Below, in pieces: positions 45,375 through 55,910 of a stretch of DNA of 64,000 nt. Numbering within the stretch: position 1 is the first letter of the stretch; every line of letters begins with the position of its first letter. The DNA lies in the IMG/VR virus record IMGVR_UViG_3300034072_000758, positions 452,806 to 516,805 of that record; one strand, given 5' to 3'. A program made the position numbers and the translations under genes. The notes beneath the pieces are model-generated. The model was not told the origin of the DNA. It made no database searches and was given only the letters and a program-made list of their open reading frames with translations.

Positions 45375-45848
45375 ATGACTGTTTCCCGTCGATCTTTGCT
45401 CGGTGCTGCGGTGGTTTCTGCCGCTGCCAGCGCTACGCTACCAGCCATAGCCAGCGACAATACCGAGAAGACGGTTGCGCCGGACAGGTATGATCGTCTG
45501 GCGGAGGCTATAAACAATTATGCCTCACAAGTCATGCTTCGGGCGCATGACCGCCACATGAGCACATTTAATACAAACCACGAATACGCTTCATCCTATA
45601 GTAATCAAGACGCCGCTGAACAACAGTTAGATGCCGTCCTGATCACAGAGTTCGCCGCGCCATTCAAAGATCATGGTGGATATACATCCTACCAAATCGA
45701 GAGCTATAGCGAACCTATGTCCAAGGAACGTTTTAGCACAATTGTTAGAATGCGCCACGGAAATGCTGACGCAACCATTTTGCGCAATTATACCGATCTT
45801 GAAATTCGGGTGAGTTTCGGGCGGTACGCATACCACAACTATGTATAG
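45375..45848 (+). CDS. Hypothetical protein with twin-arginine (Tat) signal peptide
   Basis: MTVSRRSLLGAAVVSAAASATLPAIA; AGGAG RBS. Confidence 0.75.
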   Translation: MTVSRRSLLGAAVVSAAASATLPAIASDNTEKTVAPDRYDRLAEAINNYASQVMLRAHDRHMSTFNTNHEYASSYSNQDAAEQQLDAVLITEFAAPFKDHGGYTSYQIESYSEPMSKERFSTIVRMRHGNADATILRNYTDLEIRVSFGRYAYHNYV

Positions 45849-45864
45849 GCTCCAACCGGAGCCT

Positions 45865-46146
45865 TTATTTCTTTGTCGGTTTGAGATTTGCCTTGGACAA
45901 AGCCTGAACAGAGGCTTTGTCGAGATACAATCGACCGTAATCAATTCCCAGATACGCCTTACCAGCATCATCCACGTGATAATCCAAGAGAAGATTTTCA
46001 CTCCAAACATAACGACCATGAACGGTTACGGTCAGATCAACATCCGGGGTTTGCTCACCATCCTCGTTGATCCATATACCGCGAACAGCAACATGAATGT
46101 TCTCGGCTTCCATCAGATTCACAATGTTACGATACCAATTTGACAT
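45865..46146 (-). CDS. Hypothetical late protein
   Basis: TAAATA-N5-ATG; RNIVNLMEA leader. Confidence 0.65.
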   Translation of the reverse strand: MSNWYRNIVNLMEAENIHVAVRGIWINEDGEQTPDVDLTVTVHGRYVWSENLLLDYHVDDAGKAYLGIDYGRLYLDKASVQALSKANLKPTKK

Positions 46147-46154
46147 ATTGGTAT

Positions 46155-46574
46155 TTATATCAGTGAAGCTTTAATTACAAATTCAGATAATGCGTACTCA
46201 TCATTCTCAAAATATGAAGACGACATAACTATATCACCAACCGATACTATATGAAACAACCACTCATCCCGATAAAACACCGTAAAATCAAGTCTATCCG
46301 TTAATATACCAATTTCCAGTGGCATTCCATTAGAATACATGGCGTCTCGCAAAGTATCCAAAGCTTTCAACTCCGCTTCTGATGGTTTGAAGCCGGTGCT
46401 TTCATGTTCTATTACTATTTTATAATCATCAAATGTAGCTTCGTCCCATTCCCCATAAGAATCATGTAGCAACGTAAATAAATTCTTTTCAAATCGAAGT
46501 TTTTTAATCATATGTAAAACTTCCATTTCATTCTGAAAATTAGTGTTTTCGGATGCTTCCTTAATAATCAACAT
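46155..46574 (-). CDS. Hypothetical protein (AT-rich)
   Basis: 139-aa ORF following RNase H. Confidence 0.65.
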   Translation of the reverse strand: MLIIKEASENTNFQNEMEVLHMIKKLRFEKNLFTLLHDSYGEWDEATFDDYKIVIEHESTGFKPSEAELKALDTLRDAMYSNGMPLEIGILTDRLDFTVFYRDEWLFHIVSVGDIVMSSSYFENDEYALSEFVIKASLI

Positions 46575-46578
46575 TTTG

Positions 46579-46947
46579 TTATTCCTTTCTATCTAGGAAA
46601 ATCCCCGCCTTATTCCGATCACGAAGCACATGGGTAATAGTCAATCGACCAGCTTGGCCCTTAACCATTTCGTCGTAAATCGCCTTGTATTCCATGAGTT
46701 CCGGCTTCTTAACCTGCCATACACCGTTGGCTTGGCTCACCACCAGCTTCGAATCGCCGATGATGCGATGTTTCCCCTCAACCGACAGAGCGTGTTGAAC
46801 TGCGGCGAGAAAGCCCATCCATTCGGCTACATTGTTCGTGCCATATCCGATACGCTCATAGATTTTCACTGTACCGCAATCAGAGATCACGGCCAGTTCC
46901 ATTTCACCGGGATTGGGCTTACAGCCGCCGTCAAAATAAAGGTCCAT
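46579..46947 (-). CDS. rnhA: Ribonuclease HI
   Basis: YFDGGCKPNPG, TNNVAE, GDSKLVV.Q..G.W, H..RDRN. Confidence 0.9.
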   Translation of the reverse strand: MDLYFDGGCKPNPGEMELAVISDCGTVKIYERIGYGTNNVAEWMGFLAAVQHALSVEGKHRIIGDSKLVVSQANGVWQVKKPELMEYKAIYDEMVKGQAGRLTITHVLRDRNKAGIFLDRKE

Positions 46948-46948
46948 C

Positions 46949-47800
46949 CTATCCTTCTATCAATTCGGAATGGTTCTCCGATATATAGTCCTTAAGTTTT
47001 TTCATCGCAGCCTTTTCGATAAAATCTATTCGCTGACGAGAAATACAAAACAGATCGGAGAGTTCTAAAGTGGTCATCGTGTTGTCTTGGAGATACCGGT
47101 TGCTTATGATCATGCGTTCACGATCAGACAAGATCGCCATACTGGATTGTATAGCTCTCATGCGCACGTTGCGAAGATCGGTATCGACCAGAACGAGTTC
47201 ATGACTATCGCGGTTATCATCGAGTAAGTCAATATATTCTCCACCGCTATCCATCCCGGCGACCGGAGTATTCAGCGAAAAATCCATAGATAATCTGGTG
47301 TCGATCTCACGAACACAGCTTTCAGACACCTCGTTATCGATGGCAATTTCGGCGATCTCCTGATCGTTTAAAGCACGACCATTCGCCAGCGCATACTTCC
47401 CGGCACGGATCGACCTCAAGCGGAAAAACATCTTCTTGCGATCTGCCGTGTCGTTTACTCGAACCATTGACCAACTTCTCATGATCAGATCGCGGATCGA
47501 AGCTTTAATCCACATACGAGCATAGGTGGCAAATCGTGCGCCCATATCTGGATTGAATGAGCGAATGGCCTTGACCAGTCCGACGAAACCTTCACCAATA
47601 ATGTCTTCAAGTGCGATACCATAGTTACGGTAAAGCCACGAAGTCTTATAGACAAGATATAGATGTGAATTGATTATTTTTGTGGCGGCTCTTTCGTTCT
47701 TGTGATCTCTACACAAGATACCCAGCTTGTATTCTTCCTCGGCTTCGAGGCGTGGGTACTTCGCCATTTCTCTTTTCAGAGTAGTTAAACTATATGTCAT
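46949..47800 (-). CDS. RpoH (sigma32)-like RNA polymerase sigma factor
   Basis: EGFVGLVKA..FNP..G.RFATYA..WIKA, RSWSMVR...RKKMFFRLR (RpoH-box-like), region 4 ISRQRI. Confidence 0.88.
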   Translation of the reverse strand: MTYSLTTLKREMAKYPRLEAEEEYKLGILCRDHKNERAATKIINSHLYLVYKTSWLYRNYGIALEDIIGEGFVGLVKAIRSFNPDMGARFATYARMWIKASIRDLIMRSWSMVRVNDTADRKKMFFRLRSIRAGKYALANGRALNDQEIAEIAIDNEVSESCVREIDTRLSMDFSLNTPVAGMDSGGEYIDLLDDNRDSHELVLVDTDLRNVRMRAIQSSMAILSDRERMIISNRYLQDNTMTTLELSDLFCISRQRIDFIEKAAMKKLKDYISENHSELIEG

Positions 47801-47871
47801 TGAGTGGAAAATTCCTCTATTAGAAGTTTAATAGAACTGAATTTATTTCCTGTCAATGTGTTGGGGGATAC

Positions 47872-48204
47872 CTAATACAACTTATCACCTGTTGTTAATG
47901 CGGCCATACATATCGCCAGCGGTAGTGTCTTGGCGGTTACAAATTCAGTCGCGGTTGTTTTATAAAATGATACATGGAAAGAGTTGGTCTGTGGTTCATT
48001 TACGACCCGCAAGAACCAACCTTTCGCCTGTAATCCTTTGACTAAACGATAAGCATCTTCCGTATTAGTGCTATATTGAGGCAGCTTCACTCTCTGGCGC
48101 GACTTGTTAAGCGCAACCATATAGTATTCGTCGCCTTCAATAACTACGAATGCACCCAGAAAGATGCTCGCCAGTTTAGCGTCTAATGCCGGACCAGCTT
48201 CCAT
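47872..48204 (-). CDS. Phage ABA-sandwich domain protein
   Basis: LDAKLA...PQYSTN.EDAY...TLPLAICMAAL. Confidence 0.75.
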   Translation of the reverse strand: MEAGPALDAKLASIFLGAFVVIEGDEYYMVALNKSRQRVKLPQYSTNTEDAYRLVKGLQAKGWFLRVVNEPQTNSFHVSFYKTTATEFVTAKTLPLAICMAALTTGDKLY

Positions 48205-48205
48205 A

Positions 48206-48439
48206 TTAGCCTTGGTCCTTCTTACGATTGGCCTTGATCTGGCGCGCAATCGCTTCGTTCTTTTCACGACGACGCTTGACGCTCGGCTGTTCGTAATATT
48301 GGTTCTTCATGACTTCGGTAAGGACGCCATCGCGCTTTACTTTACGTCCGAGAACCTTGATCGCGCTTTCGATGTTATTGTCACGAACGATAACACAAAG
48401 CCCTCTCTTGCTTTCAAATTCGCCCTTATAATGGGACAT
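48206..48439 (-). CDS. rpsU: 30S ribosomal protein bS21
   Basis: VIVRDNNIESAIKVL.RK...G...YYEQPSVKRRR...AIAR. Confidence 0.88.
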   Translation of the reverse strand: MSHYKGEFESKRGLCVIVRDNNIESAIKVLGRKVKRDGVLTEVMKNQYYEQPSVKRRREKNEAIARQIKANRKKDQG

Positions 48440-48442
48440 TAA

Positions 48443-49690
48443 TCACTCTCCATCCTTGTGATCTTCATTACTCCACAATGTAGGTGGTTCTTTTCCACCG
48501 ACTGCGTTAGCACCGACAATAACTTTGTCGATACCTCTACTCTTCAATTCCGGCAACTCGAACTGAGTAGCTGTCAGGCTTTTTTCCACGACACTTCTCA
48601 GGCCACGAGCACCAGTCTTTCTTTTCTTGGCTGTTTTGGCGATTTCCAAAAGAGCCTCCGTTGTGAACTCAAGTTCCACATCGTCCAGCATGAAATTAGC
48701 TTCATACTGTTTGGTGATTGCGTTGACGGGTTCTGTCAGGACGCGCACCAATTGATCTTCCGACAGTTCTTCCAAAACGGTGAAAACTGGCAGACGACCA
48801 ATGAACTCAGGGATCATTCCATATTTAACAAAATGTTCTGGTTCTAAGTTGTCAATAATGTCTTTTGTTTTGTCACGATCAACATCTTTGACTTTGGAAG
48901 TGAAGCCGATTGAGCTTCCCTTATCCATAGTCTGTTCAACGATCTTATCCAGACCGACGAATGCACCACCCACAATGAACAGGATATTGCGAGTGTTCAC
49001 TTTGAGCAATTCGCTCTTTTTACCGTTCGGAGACACCATAACATCGGTGCCTTCCAGAAGCTTCAAAAGGGCCTGTTGTACACCTTCTCCCGATACGTCA
49101 CGCGAGCTTCCACCCGTGGACTTACCGCGCTTCTTATCGATTTCATCAATGAAGATGATGCCGCGTTCGGCCTTCGATATATCATATTGTGCTGATTGCA
49201 TCAGGCGGGTGATGATAGATTCAACATCTTCACCCACATACCCGGCTTCGGTAAGAGCCGTGGAATCGACAATAGCCAACGGAACATCAAGCATCTTAGA
49301 AATGCTCTGGGCGATCAAAGTCTTCCCGCTGCCCGTTGGACCAACCATCAGGATATTAGCCTTTTCAAGCTCAACACCATTTATGATTGGATTTTGGAGG
49401 CGCTTGTAATGATTGTACACCGCAACAGCGATGTCTTTCTTAGCGCGATCCTGACCAATGACATACTTGTCCAGATGATCTTTGATTTGACGAGGTGTCG
49501 GTATTTTGTCATCAGCATCAAGCTCATCGACTGTCACCATTTCGGTAGTGGCTGGCGCGCCATTAGCCAACAAGTCGTAACAAGTGTTAATACATTCGTC
49601 ACAGATGAATACCGTTGGACCGGCAATTATCTTTTTAACGTCTTTGCTGCTTTTAAAGCAAAACGAACAGAAGATTTCCTCGTTACTCAT
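48443..49690 (-). CDS. clpX: ATP-dependent Clp protease ATPase subunit
   Basis: C4 Zn finger, GPTGSGKT, TEAGYVGEDVE, RDVSGEGVQQALLK, IGF loop, GARGLR. Confidence 0.97.
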   Translation of the reverse strand: MSNEEIFCSFCFKSSKDVKKIIAGPTVFICDECINTCYDLLANGAPATTEMVTVDELDADDKIPTPRQIKDHLDKYVIGQDRAKKDIAVAVYNHYKRLQNPIINGVELEKANILMVGPTGSGKTLIAQSISKMLDVPLAIVDSTALTEAGYVGEDVESIITRLMQSAQYDISKAERGIIFIDEIDKKRGKSTGGSSRDVSGEGVQQALLKLLEGTDVMVSPNGKKSELLKVNTRNILFIVGGAFVGLDKIVEQTMDKGSSIGFTSKVKDVDRDKTKDIIDNLEPEHFVKYGMIPEFIGRLPVFTVLEELSEDQLVRVLTEPVNAITKQYEANFMLDDVELEFTTEALLEIAKTAKKRKTGARGLRSVVEKSLTATQFELPELKSRGIDKVIVGANAVGGKEPPTLWSNEDHKDGE

Positions 49691-49759
49691 GAATTACTTT
49701 CCAAATATGAACTAAAAATATTTAGGCTTATCAACGACAAGCATAATGTTATTTTTTTG

Positions 49760-50632
49760 TCATAACCAAGACTTGTAGTCTTCCGGTTTAATGTCAATCT
49801 GGGAAGTATTGTCTGATATTTGAGGTTCTAAGTCAATTTTATTATCATTTTCTTCAATTGGTTCCGTAATCAATTCTTTTTCTACTACAGAGTTATCCAC
49901 AGGTTTATTATTACTCTTGGTTGATGAAATGATCAACATTAATGCTAAAGGGTCAAATGCGATCATAATCAGAACAATAATTATGCGAACCGCACCTTCT
50001 GTGTCTTTTATACCGAACAATTCAGCCACATACTTAACCGGACCAAGCTTTGCCTCAGTCTCGGATACCTGTTGCTTCAACGGTAGCAAATCAGCATTTA
50101 ATTGGTTGATCTGGTCCACAGCACCTTTTTGGTTCTTCACAATCTCGGCGCGTTCAGCCTTTTGAGTGTTTCGGTAGCGCAGGGCTTGTGTCGATCTATC
50201 TTTGGAGATCATGTTGTCAACAGCGGAATCTAATTGTTTTAGACGTGTATTGTCCGCATCTATTCGACTTTGTATCTGTGCGATTTCCATTTCTTTTTGT
50301 TGGATTTGTAGTTCAATCCCGGCGACTGGCAGCTTTTGCTCAAGATGTCCCTTCGACAAGAACCCATAAATCCCCAGCGATGTGATAAGCATCAGGACCG
50401 CAATAGCCAAGCACATATAAATCTTGTGCCATTTACCAATGAATGAGTTCTTCCAGTTATGGTGTAGCCAAGTCGCCGCCACAATTTTACCAAATTCAAG
50501 CACCGATCCCATGATAATGACGGGTATGAATGTCGCAGCAAAAATCGCAGCCAATCCCACAATAGAGAAATAGGCCGCAACAAAGCTAATTGCTATACCC
50601 GCAATCAAGCACAAAATATTAAGAAGCTTCAT
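49760..50632 (-). CDS. Membrane protein with extracytoplasmic coiled coil
   Basis: Three N-terminal TM helices, coiled coil, C-terminal TM (FDPLA). Confidence 0.75.
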   Translation of the reverse strand: MKLLNILCLIAGIAISFVAAYFSIVGLAAIFAATFIPVIIMGSVLEFGKIVAATWLHHNWKNSFIGKWHKIYMCLAIAVLMLITSLGIYGFLSKGHLEQKLPVAGIELQIQQKEMEIAQIQSRIDADNTRLKQLDSAVDNMISKDRSTQALRYRNTQKAERAEIVKNQKGAVDQINQLNADLLPLKQQVSETEAKLGPVKYVAELFGIKDTEGAVRIIIVLIMIAFDPLALMLIISSTKSNNKPVDNSVVEKELITEPIEENDNKIDLEPQISDNTSQIDIKPEDYKSWL

Positions 50633-51126
50633 TAGAACGTCTTTGTTACCGTGATGCTGGTTTCTATAGTAGCTACGTTACCCAAAGAACCGATAGTCAA
50701 TGGCTCTACTATGAAAAATTGCTTTGTGTTTGTGCGGATTTCGCTGATCTTAGTGTGTTCAAGTGCCAAAGCACGAGCGATAACGCGCTTAATGGCGGCG
50801 GCTCCCGTAATTTCAGCGCCGGTAGTTTCATCTTTGGTGAACAAAATGGAATCACCCTTGTCAACACTCAAATCAAACTCGAAAGCGGTAGGTGCGGTAG
50901 TCGCGTTCGCGCCAGTAGCAACAACATTAACTAAATCCATGTTACCCATCACTTGAAGACCATCAACAATCTTAATGAAACGAATATTCGCGCGCTCTTT
51001 ATTCAGAGCATCCGATTTTGCTTGTGGTTCAGTAGTGTAATTCTCAATTTTTGTATTATCTACAAATCCAGCGGAATTTGCCGTTCCAGTAATTTGTGCG
51101 ATGTTTACATGATATATACTTGGCAT
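50632..51126 (-). CDS. Putative virion protein
   Basis: TAAATA and GGAG upstream; T/A-rich. Confidence 0.65.
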   Translation of the reverse strand: MPSIYHVNIAQITGTANSAGFVDNTKIENYTTEPQAKSDALNKERANIRFIKIVDGLQVMGNMDLVNVVATGANATTAPTAFEFDLSVDKGDSILFTKDETTGAEITGAAAIKRVIARALALEHTKISEIRTNTKQFFIVEPLTIGSLGNVATIETSITVTKTF

Positions 51127-51218
51127 GGGTCAATCTCCAACTTTATAACGTATTTATGCGAAATTAAAATTGACAACGAAAAACTTTGTTAACTATACCT
51201 ATATCAAAAGAGGTAAAT

Positions 51219-53096
51219 ATGTCTGATATTAAAAAGCTTAATGACTTCCAACACGCTCGCCTGAGAACAGAAATGTATCTCGGATCGCGTGACCCACATT
51301 CTCAGACCGTCATTGATTACCTCGATGGCAAACCCATCCTCAAGGAAACAACATGGGTTCCCGCCGTATTTACCGCGTTCCGTGAAGTGCTGGACAACGC
51401 CTTGGACGAAATTATCACGCATGGTCATGGCAACACCGTCAAGGTGAACTACGATCCAGCGACAATGACATTCAAGGTGTCCGACAATGGCCGGGGTATC
51501 CCCATAGCTCTTGATCCAGTTCACAAGGTTCACCTCGCTACTATGGCCCTGTCTGAAACAAAGGCAGGGCGTAACTTTGGTGACCGTGGTGCTTCTCGTG
51601 GCCTGAATGGCGTCGGGGCGTCTATTGTGAACTTCTGTTCGTCGTCATTTCAACTGGACATCTACCGCGAGAACCAACACTTCTCTCAGCACTTCCATGA
51701 TAAAAAAGGCAAGGCGACCGATCTAGTAATCGAGAAACCCTCGATCATGCCGGATAAGCGCAAGGATACTGGTACGACCGTTGAGTTCCAACTGTCCCCG
51801 CTCGTCTTCAAAAACATGGCTCTCCCTGAGTCATTCATCAAAGCGCGTGTGTACGAGATTGCCCTTATCTATAACGGTAAACTCAAGGTCTATTACAACA
51901 ACGAACTTATCAAGCTCCCCAAGACGAATGCTATAAAATCACTATTCCCGGCTGACGTGATCCAAGTGGACATCAACCGCGAAAACGTGTTCAACGGACA
52001 ATATTTCCTTGTTCCAAACTTCGCTACCGATGGTAACGAATATCAACACAGCCTTGTCAATGCCATTCCAACCTTCAATGGTGGGACGCATATAGATTCA
52101 TTCAAGACCGGCTTCTATAAAGGCTTATTGACCGCGTTGGAGCGCGAGAGCAAGAAAAGAAAGCTCGTCCCCAATCGTTCGGATGTGGCTGATGGTATGT
52201 TGATCTATAACGTAACCGAAATGGCAGAACCTTCGTTCGATAGCCAAAACAAATCGCGCATGATCCTCGAATCCGTCTCTAAAATCGTTCGTGACGAACT
52301 CGACAACCCGGATTTCTTCAAAAACATAATCAAGAAATACCCAGCTTGGATCGACAGCATTTATGCTCGCTGTGCCGAACGAACCGAAAAGAAAGACGCC
52401 GCTGATCTATCCAAGCTGGCGAAAAAGAACCTGCGAACCAAGGTTGAAAACCTCATGGACGCATGTGGCACTGACCGTCAAAAATGTATCCTGTTCCTCG
52501 CCGAAGGAAACAGCGCTATCTCCGGTATGAGTGACGCCAGAGACCCGAAAATTCATGGCGGGCTTCCTCTGCGTGGTAAAGTGCTAAATGTTCATGGCCA
52601 GTCCCCCAAGACGATCATGGAAAATGAAGCTCTGGCCAAGATCATGAACTCCTTGGGTCTCATTCCTATGGTTCGCCCGAACCGTTTAATGCTGCGTTAT
52701 GGCAAGGTATACATCACCACCGACGCCGACGAAGACGGTAAGAATATCTCGGCCCTGCTAATTAACTTCTTTTATACCTGCTGGCCGGAATTGTTCGATC
52801 CGAACAAGGAACCTTTCTTCTACCTGTTTGATACACCGTTGTTGATTGCCGTAAAAGGTAAGCAACGTAAGTATTGGTACAACGATAATTACCACGAGTT
52901 CAAGCCAGAAGATTATAAAGACTGGAAGATAACTCGCGCTAAGGGTCTGGCCCGTCTCACTAAAGAAGACTGGAAGATCATTCTCCAAAGTCCAAAGGTT
53001 ATTCCTATCCAAGACGATGGTAAGCTGGTTGAAACCCTCAACTTGATCTTCAATCCCGCCTTGGCCGACGACCGTAAAGAATGGATTGGTATGTAA
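51219..53096 (+). CDS. Type II DNA topoisomerase, ATPase/TOPRIM subunit (gp39+60-like)
   Basis: EVLDNA.D, DNGRGIP, GLNGVG, AEGNSA, PLRGK, DADEDG. Confidence 0.95.
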   Translation: MSDIKKLNDFQHARLRTEMYLGSRDPHSQTVIDYLDGKPILKETTWVPAVFTAFREVLDNALDEIITHGHGNTVKVNYDPATMTFKVSDNGRGIPIALDPVHKVHLATMALSETKAGRNFGDRGASRGLNGVGASIVNFCSSSFQLDIYRENQHFSQHFHDKKGKATDLVIEKPSIMPDKRKDTGTTVEFQLSPLVFKNMALPESFIKARVYEIALIYNGKLKVYYNNELIKLPKTNAIKSLFPADVIQVDINRENVFNGQYFLVPNFATDGNEYQHSLVNAIPTFNGGTHIDSFKTGFYKGLLTALERESKKRKLVPNRSDVADGMLIYNVTEMAEPSFDSQNKSRMILESVSKIVRDELDNPDFFKNIIKKYPAWIDSIYARCAERTEKKDAADLSKLAKKNLRTKVENLMDACGTDRQKCILFLAEGNSAISGMSDARDPKIHGGLPLRGKVLNVHGQSPKTIMENEALAKIMNSLGLIPMVRPNRLMLRYGKVYITTDADEDGKNISALLINFFYTCWPELFDPNKEPFFYLFDTPLLIAVKGKQRKYWYNDNYHEFKPEDYKDWKITRAKGLARLTKEDWKIILQSPKVIPIQDDGKLVETLNLIFNPALADDRKEWIGM

Positions 53097-53097
53097 A

Positions 53098-53334
53098 ATG
53101 GCATACATCGGCGATATTCATTGTGGTGATTTCACGGTCTCTAGCAGAACCGGTAGTTATTACATGATGAACCCCGTAATCATTCGTGACTATAGCGGTT
53201 TGGTAGATAAACTTTCTAGTTTAGGCGTGTTTCCTACTTGGGAAATGGCAGTTGAAGGCGAAGGTTATCTTATGGATTTCGCTTCATTAGAAGACGTAAC
53301 CACATATTTGTTAGTAAAAGACGGGTTTCAATAA
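53098..53334 (+). CDS. Hypothetical protein between topoisomerase subunits
   Basis: 78 aa, tight spacing on both sides. Confidence 0.65.
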   Translation: MAYIGDIHCGDFTVSSRTGSYYMMNPVIIRDYSGLVDKLSSLGVFPTWEMAVEGEGYLMDFASLEDVTTYLLVKDGFQ

Positions 53335-54674
53335 TGAGTAGTTCACAATTAATTCTTGATAGTAGCCGCGAATACTCTATCTATGTCTGTGCTAACCGCG
53401 CAATCCCCGCCATCGAAGATGGTATGAAAGCCGGTCAACGTGTGGCTATGTGGTTGTTGGCCAAGCGCGCCGAACAAATGAAGACTATCGCTCTGGGCGG
53501 ACTGATGCTGTACGAGCGTCTGTATGTTCACGGCGATACTTCGGCGAATAACACCATCAGCCTGATGGCCGCGCCATTCAAAAACAACATCCCGCTGATC
53601 CAAGGCGAAGGGCAATTCGGCTCGCGCTTATCTCCGGTCGAAGGTATCGGTGCGCCTCGTTACACCGACATCCAACGCTCGAAGGCAGCACAGCAATTCT
53701 TCTACAACGATCTCGACTTGGTGCCGATGGTGCCAAACTATGACGGGTCAAATCACCAACCTCAACATTTCCTCCCGCTGATACCCGTATGCCTTCTGAA
53801 TGGCGTTTCCGGGGTTGCTATTGGATGGTCTACCGAAATCCTTCCCCACGCCTCCAAAGACCTGATAAAGGCCACTAAGGCGGCTCTACAGGGTAAGGAC
53901 ATTGGTGAGATCAAGCCTTACTACCAAGGCTATGACATCGACGTTAGAAACATCGCTGGAAATCAGTGGGAATTGACCGGGAAAGTCGAACTAATCGACT
54001 CTTCGACCCTGCGTATCACGGAGCTTCCTCCAAACGAGAAGTTCGATAATTTCAAAGCCAAATTGATCAAGATGGAGGACGAAGAAAAGATCGCTACTTT
54101 CACCGATCAATCGGCGGACAAGATCGACATCGTGGTGAAATTCAAGCGCGGAGCAATCAAAGATTGGACCGAAGCCGATGCTGTCAAATTCTTCAAGCTC
54201 AACGAGAAGATCACAGAACGCATCGTGGTCGTCGGCTGGGGTGGAAACTCCATCAAAACCTACGACGATCCACAAAGCCTTATCAAAGAGTATGCGGCTT
54301 GGCGTCTGGGTTGGTACACGATCCGCTATAACCGCCTCAAAGACATCGCGGAATATGATCTCAATTACTGGCTGATCTTGAAGTGTCTCTTTGAAGTAAA
54401 CTTCAACGAGCGTCTGCGCGAGTTTAAGGACAAGAAGTCCATGATGGCGGAAGTGAAGAAAATCGCCACCGCTAACACAATCGAATACGATGAAGCTCAA
54501 ATCGAAAAGATCGTGAGCCTCCCGATGTATCGCTGGACCGAAGATTTCCAAAAGGAAGTTGACGAGACCATTGAAGAACTCGTCAATAAAATCCTCGAAT
54601 ACGTGGATATTCTGGCGGACCCAGACAAGCTCAAAGCGATCTATATTTCTGAGCTTGACTCGATCAAAGTCTAA
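53334..54674 (+). CDS. Type II DNA topoisomerase, breakage-reunion subunit (gp52-like)
   Basis: RAIP..DGMK..QR, YVHGD, GQFGS, APRY catalytic Tyr, ITELP. Confidence 0.95.
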   Translation: MSSSQLILDSSREYSIYVCANRAIPAIEDGMKAGQRVAMWLLAKRAEQMKTIALGGLMLYERLYVHGDTSANNTISLMAAPFKNNIPLIQGEGQFGSRLSPVEGIGAPRYTDIQRSKAAQQFFYNDLDLVPMVPNYDGSNHQPQHFLPLIPVCLLNGVSGVAIGWSTEILPHASKDLIKATKAALQGKDIGEIKPYYQGYDIDVRNIAGNQWELTGKVELIDSSTLRITELPPNEKFDNFKAKLIKMEDEEKIATFTDQSADKIDIVVKFKRGAIKDWTEADAVKFFKLNEKITERIVVVGWGGNSIKTYDDPQSLIKEYAAWRLGWYTIRYNRLKDIAEYDLNYWLILKCLFEVNFNERLREFKDKKSMMAEVKKIATANTIEYDEAQIEKIVSLPMYRWTEDFQKEVDETIEELVNKILEYVDILADPDKLKAIYISELDSIKV

Positions 54675-55306
54675 ATTCGTTGATCAGCGGCCAATGCGAT
54701 AAAAGGCACTGATGCCGATGAAATAGCGGCCACAGCCACCTTTGCCTTTTGAACAAAGCCGCAAGAATTTACAATTCCAACAGTTATAGTCGGGAAGGTC
54801 TTAGTGAACTTCCCGGCACATTCTCGATGCATTGTCGAGTCAAGAACGATCATGAGCGATCCTTCTTGAAAGAAATGCGTGTGAAAATCGTTCCGGTCGT
54901 CCGTCAAAATCGAAAACGCCGTGCTCACTTCACTGATATAATATCCATTGTACGTCCGAAGGTGCGATTCTTTGAGAGCCACATTTTGCCATTCAACAGG
55001 AATATCGTCTATTTTCCGAATAGTTTTAGGCTTATAATACCCGTCGTCATCGTAGTCATATGTTCCTCCTTCTTGTTCATCATGTCCTAGCTTTGTAACC
55101 TTTGGCATAAAGATACGATTGAACATCTGAAAATCACCGTCATACAATTCGATTTGTTGATTGTCCATCAGACGGACAATTTCACCTCTTTTGAACTCGC
55201 TACTTGACCACCCAAATGAAGTGTCGCCAAAACGCATGAAGAAAGTCACGAGCAAATCCATGATCGCTTCGGGACTTTCTTTTATGCTGATTACCTTACG
55301 AAGCAT
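54671..55306 (-). CDS. Hypothetical protein
   Basis: 211-aa ORF directly after the AlkB-like gene. Confidence 0.7.
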   Translation of the reverse strand: MLRKVISIKESPEAIMDLLVTFFMRFGDTSFGWSSSEFKRGEIVRLMDNQQIELYDGDFQMFNRIFMPKVTKLGHDEQEGGTYDYDDDGYYKPKTIRKIDDIPVEWQNVALKESHLRTYNGYYISEVSTAFSILTDDRNDFHTHFFQEGSLMIVLDSTMHRECAGKFTKTFPTITVGIVNSCGFVQKAKVAVAAISSASVPFIALAADQRI

Positions 55307-55307
55307 A

Positions 55308-55859
55308 TTACCTCAAAGCACGATAGGTGAGGCTGATACGCGGTACGGTGACCACGTGACCGGCACGAGGGATGCGGTGGAAGTGTGTATCCTGCATCCC
55401 AGCCTTCATGAGAAAGAGCGAACCATTGGTAAGCATAATGCTTTTCTTTTCGGTCTTGTCTTTGCGCATGTAATCGATCTGGCGCTGACCACCAAGGGTC
55501 ACCACAGCGATTGGGCGCTCGTGATTGATATTCGGATCATCATCCGAGTGCCACCCAAGAGCATCTTTACCCGTCGCATAACCGTTCAGGAAACAAGCTT
55601 CATACTCGAACCCCAGAAGCGTCGTCAAACGCCTCTTAATAGACTCGATTAGCGGGTGGGTAGGCTGAGACGCATAGGTACGGATTCCTTCACCCCGACC
55701 GTAGGTGTAATCCCGGTCGAAGATGTTTGTCCAATATTCCCGACGCGGTGCATCTGGACGACGCTCCCACCTCAGTTCAGTCCACAGGGTATCGAACATG
55801 AGAGTTGGATTCGCACGAATGAAATTTGGATCAAAAAATGTAAATTCGTCTTCAATCAT
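55308..55859 (-). CDS. AlkB-like 2OG-Fe(II) dioxygenase
   Basis: N.Y...D..GWHSDD, H..P, RISLTYR. Confidence 0.9.
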   Translation of the reverse strand: MIEDEFTFFDPNFIRANPTLMFDTLWTELRWERRPDAPRREYWTNIFDRDYTYGRGEGIRTYASQPTHPLIESIKRRLTTLLGFEYEACFLNGYATGKDALGWHSDDDPNINHERPIAVVTLGGQRQIDYMRKDKTEKKSIMLTNGSLFLMKAGMQDTHFHRIPRAGHVVTVPRISLTYRALR

Positions 55860-55910
55860 GATTTCGTTTTATAGGTTAGTTGACTCGATGTCAATAGAGA
55901 TAAATATCGT

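Noticed and set aside
11872-49901. Perfect DnaA boxes TTATCCACA at 11872, 25615 and 49893
   Set aside because: Isolated single copies, one inside a CDS; no cluster to support an origin.
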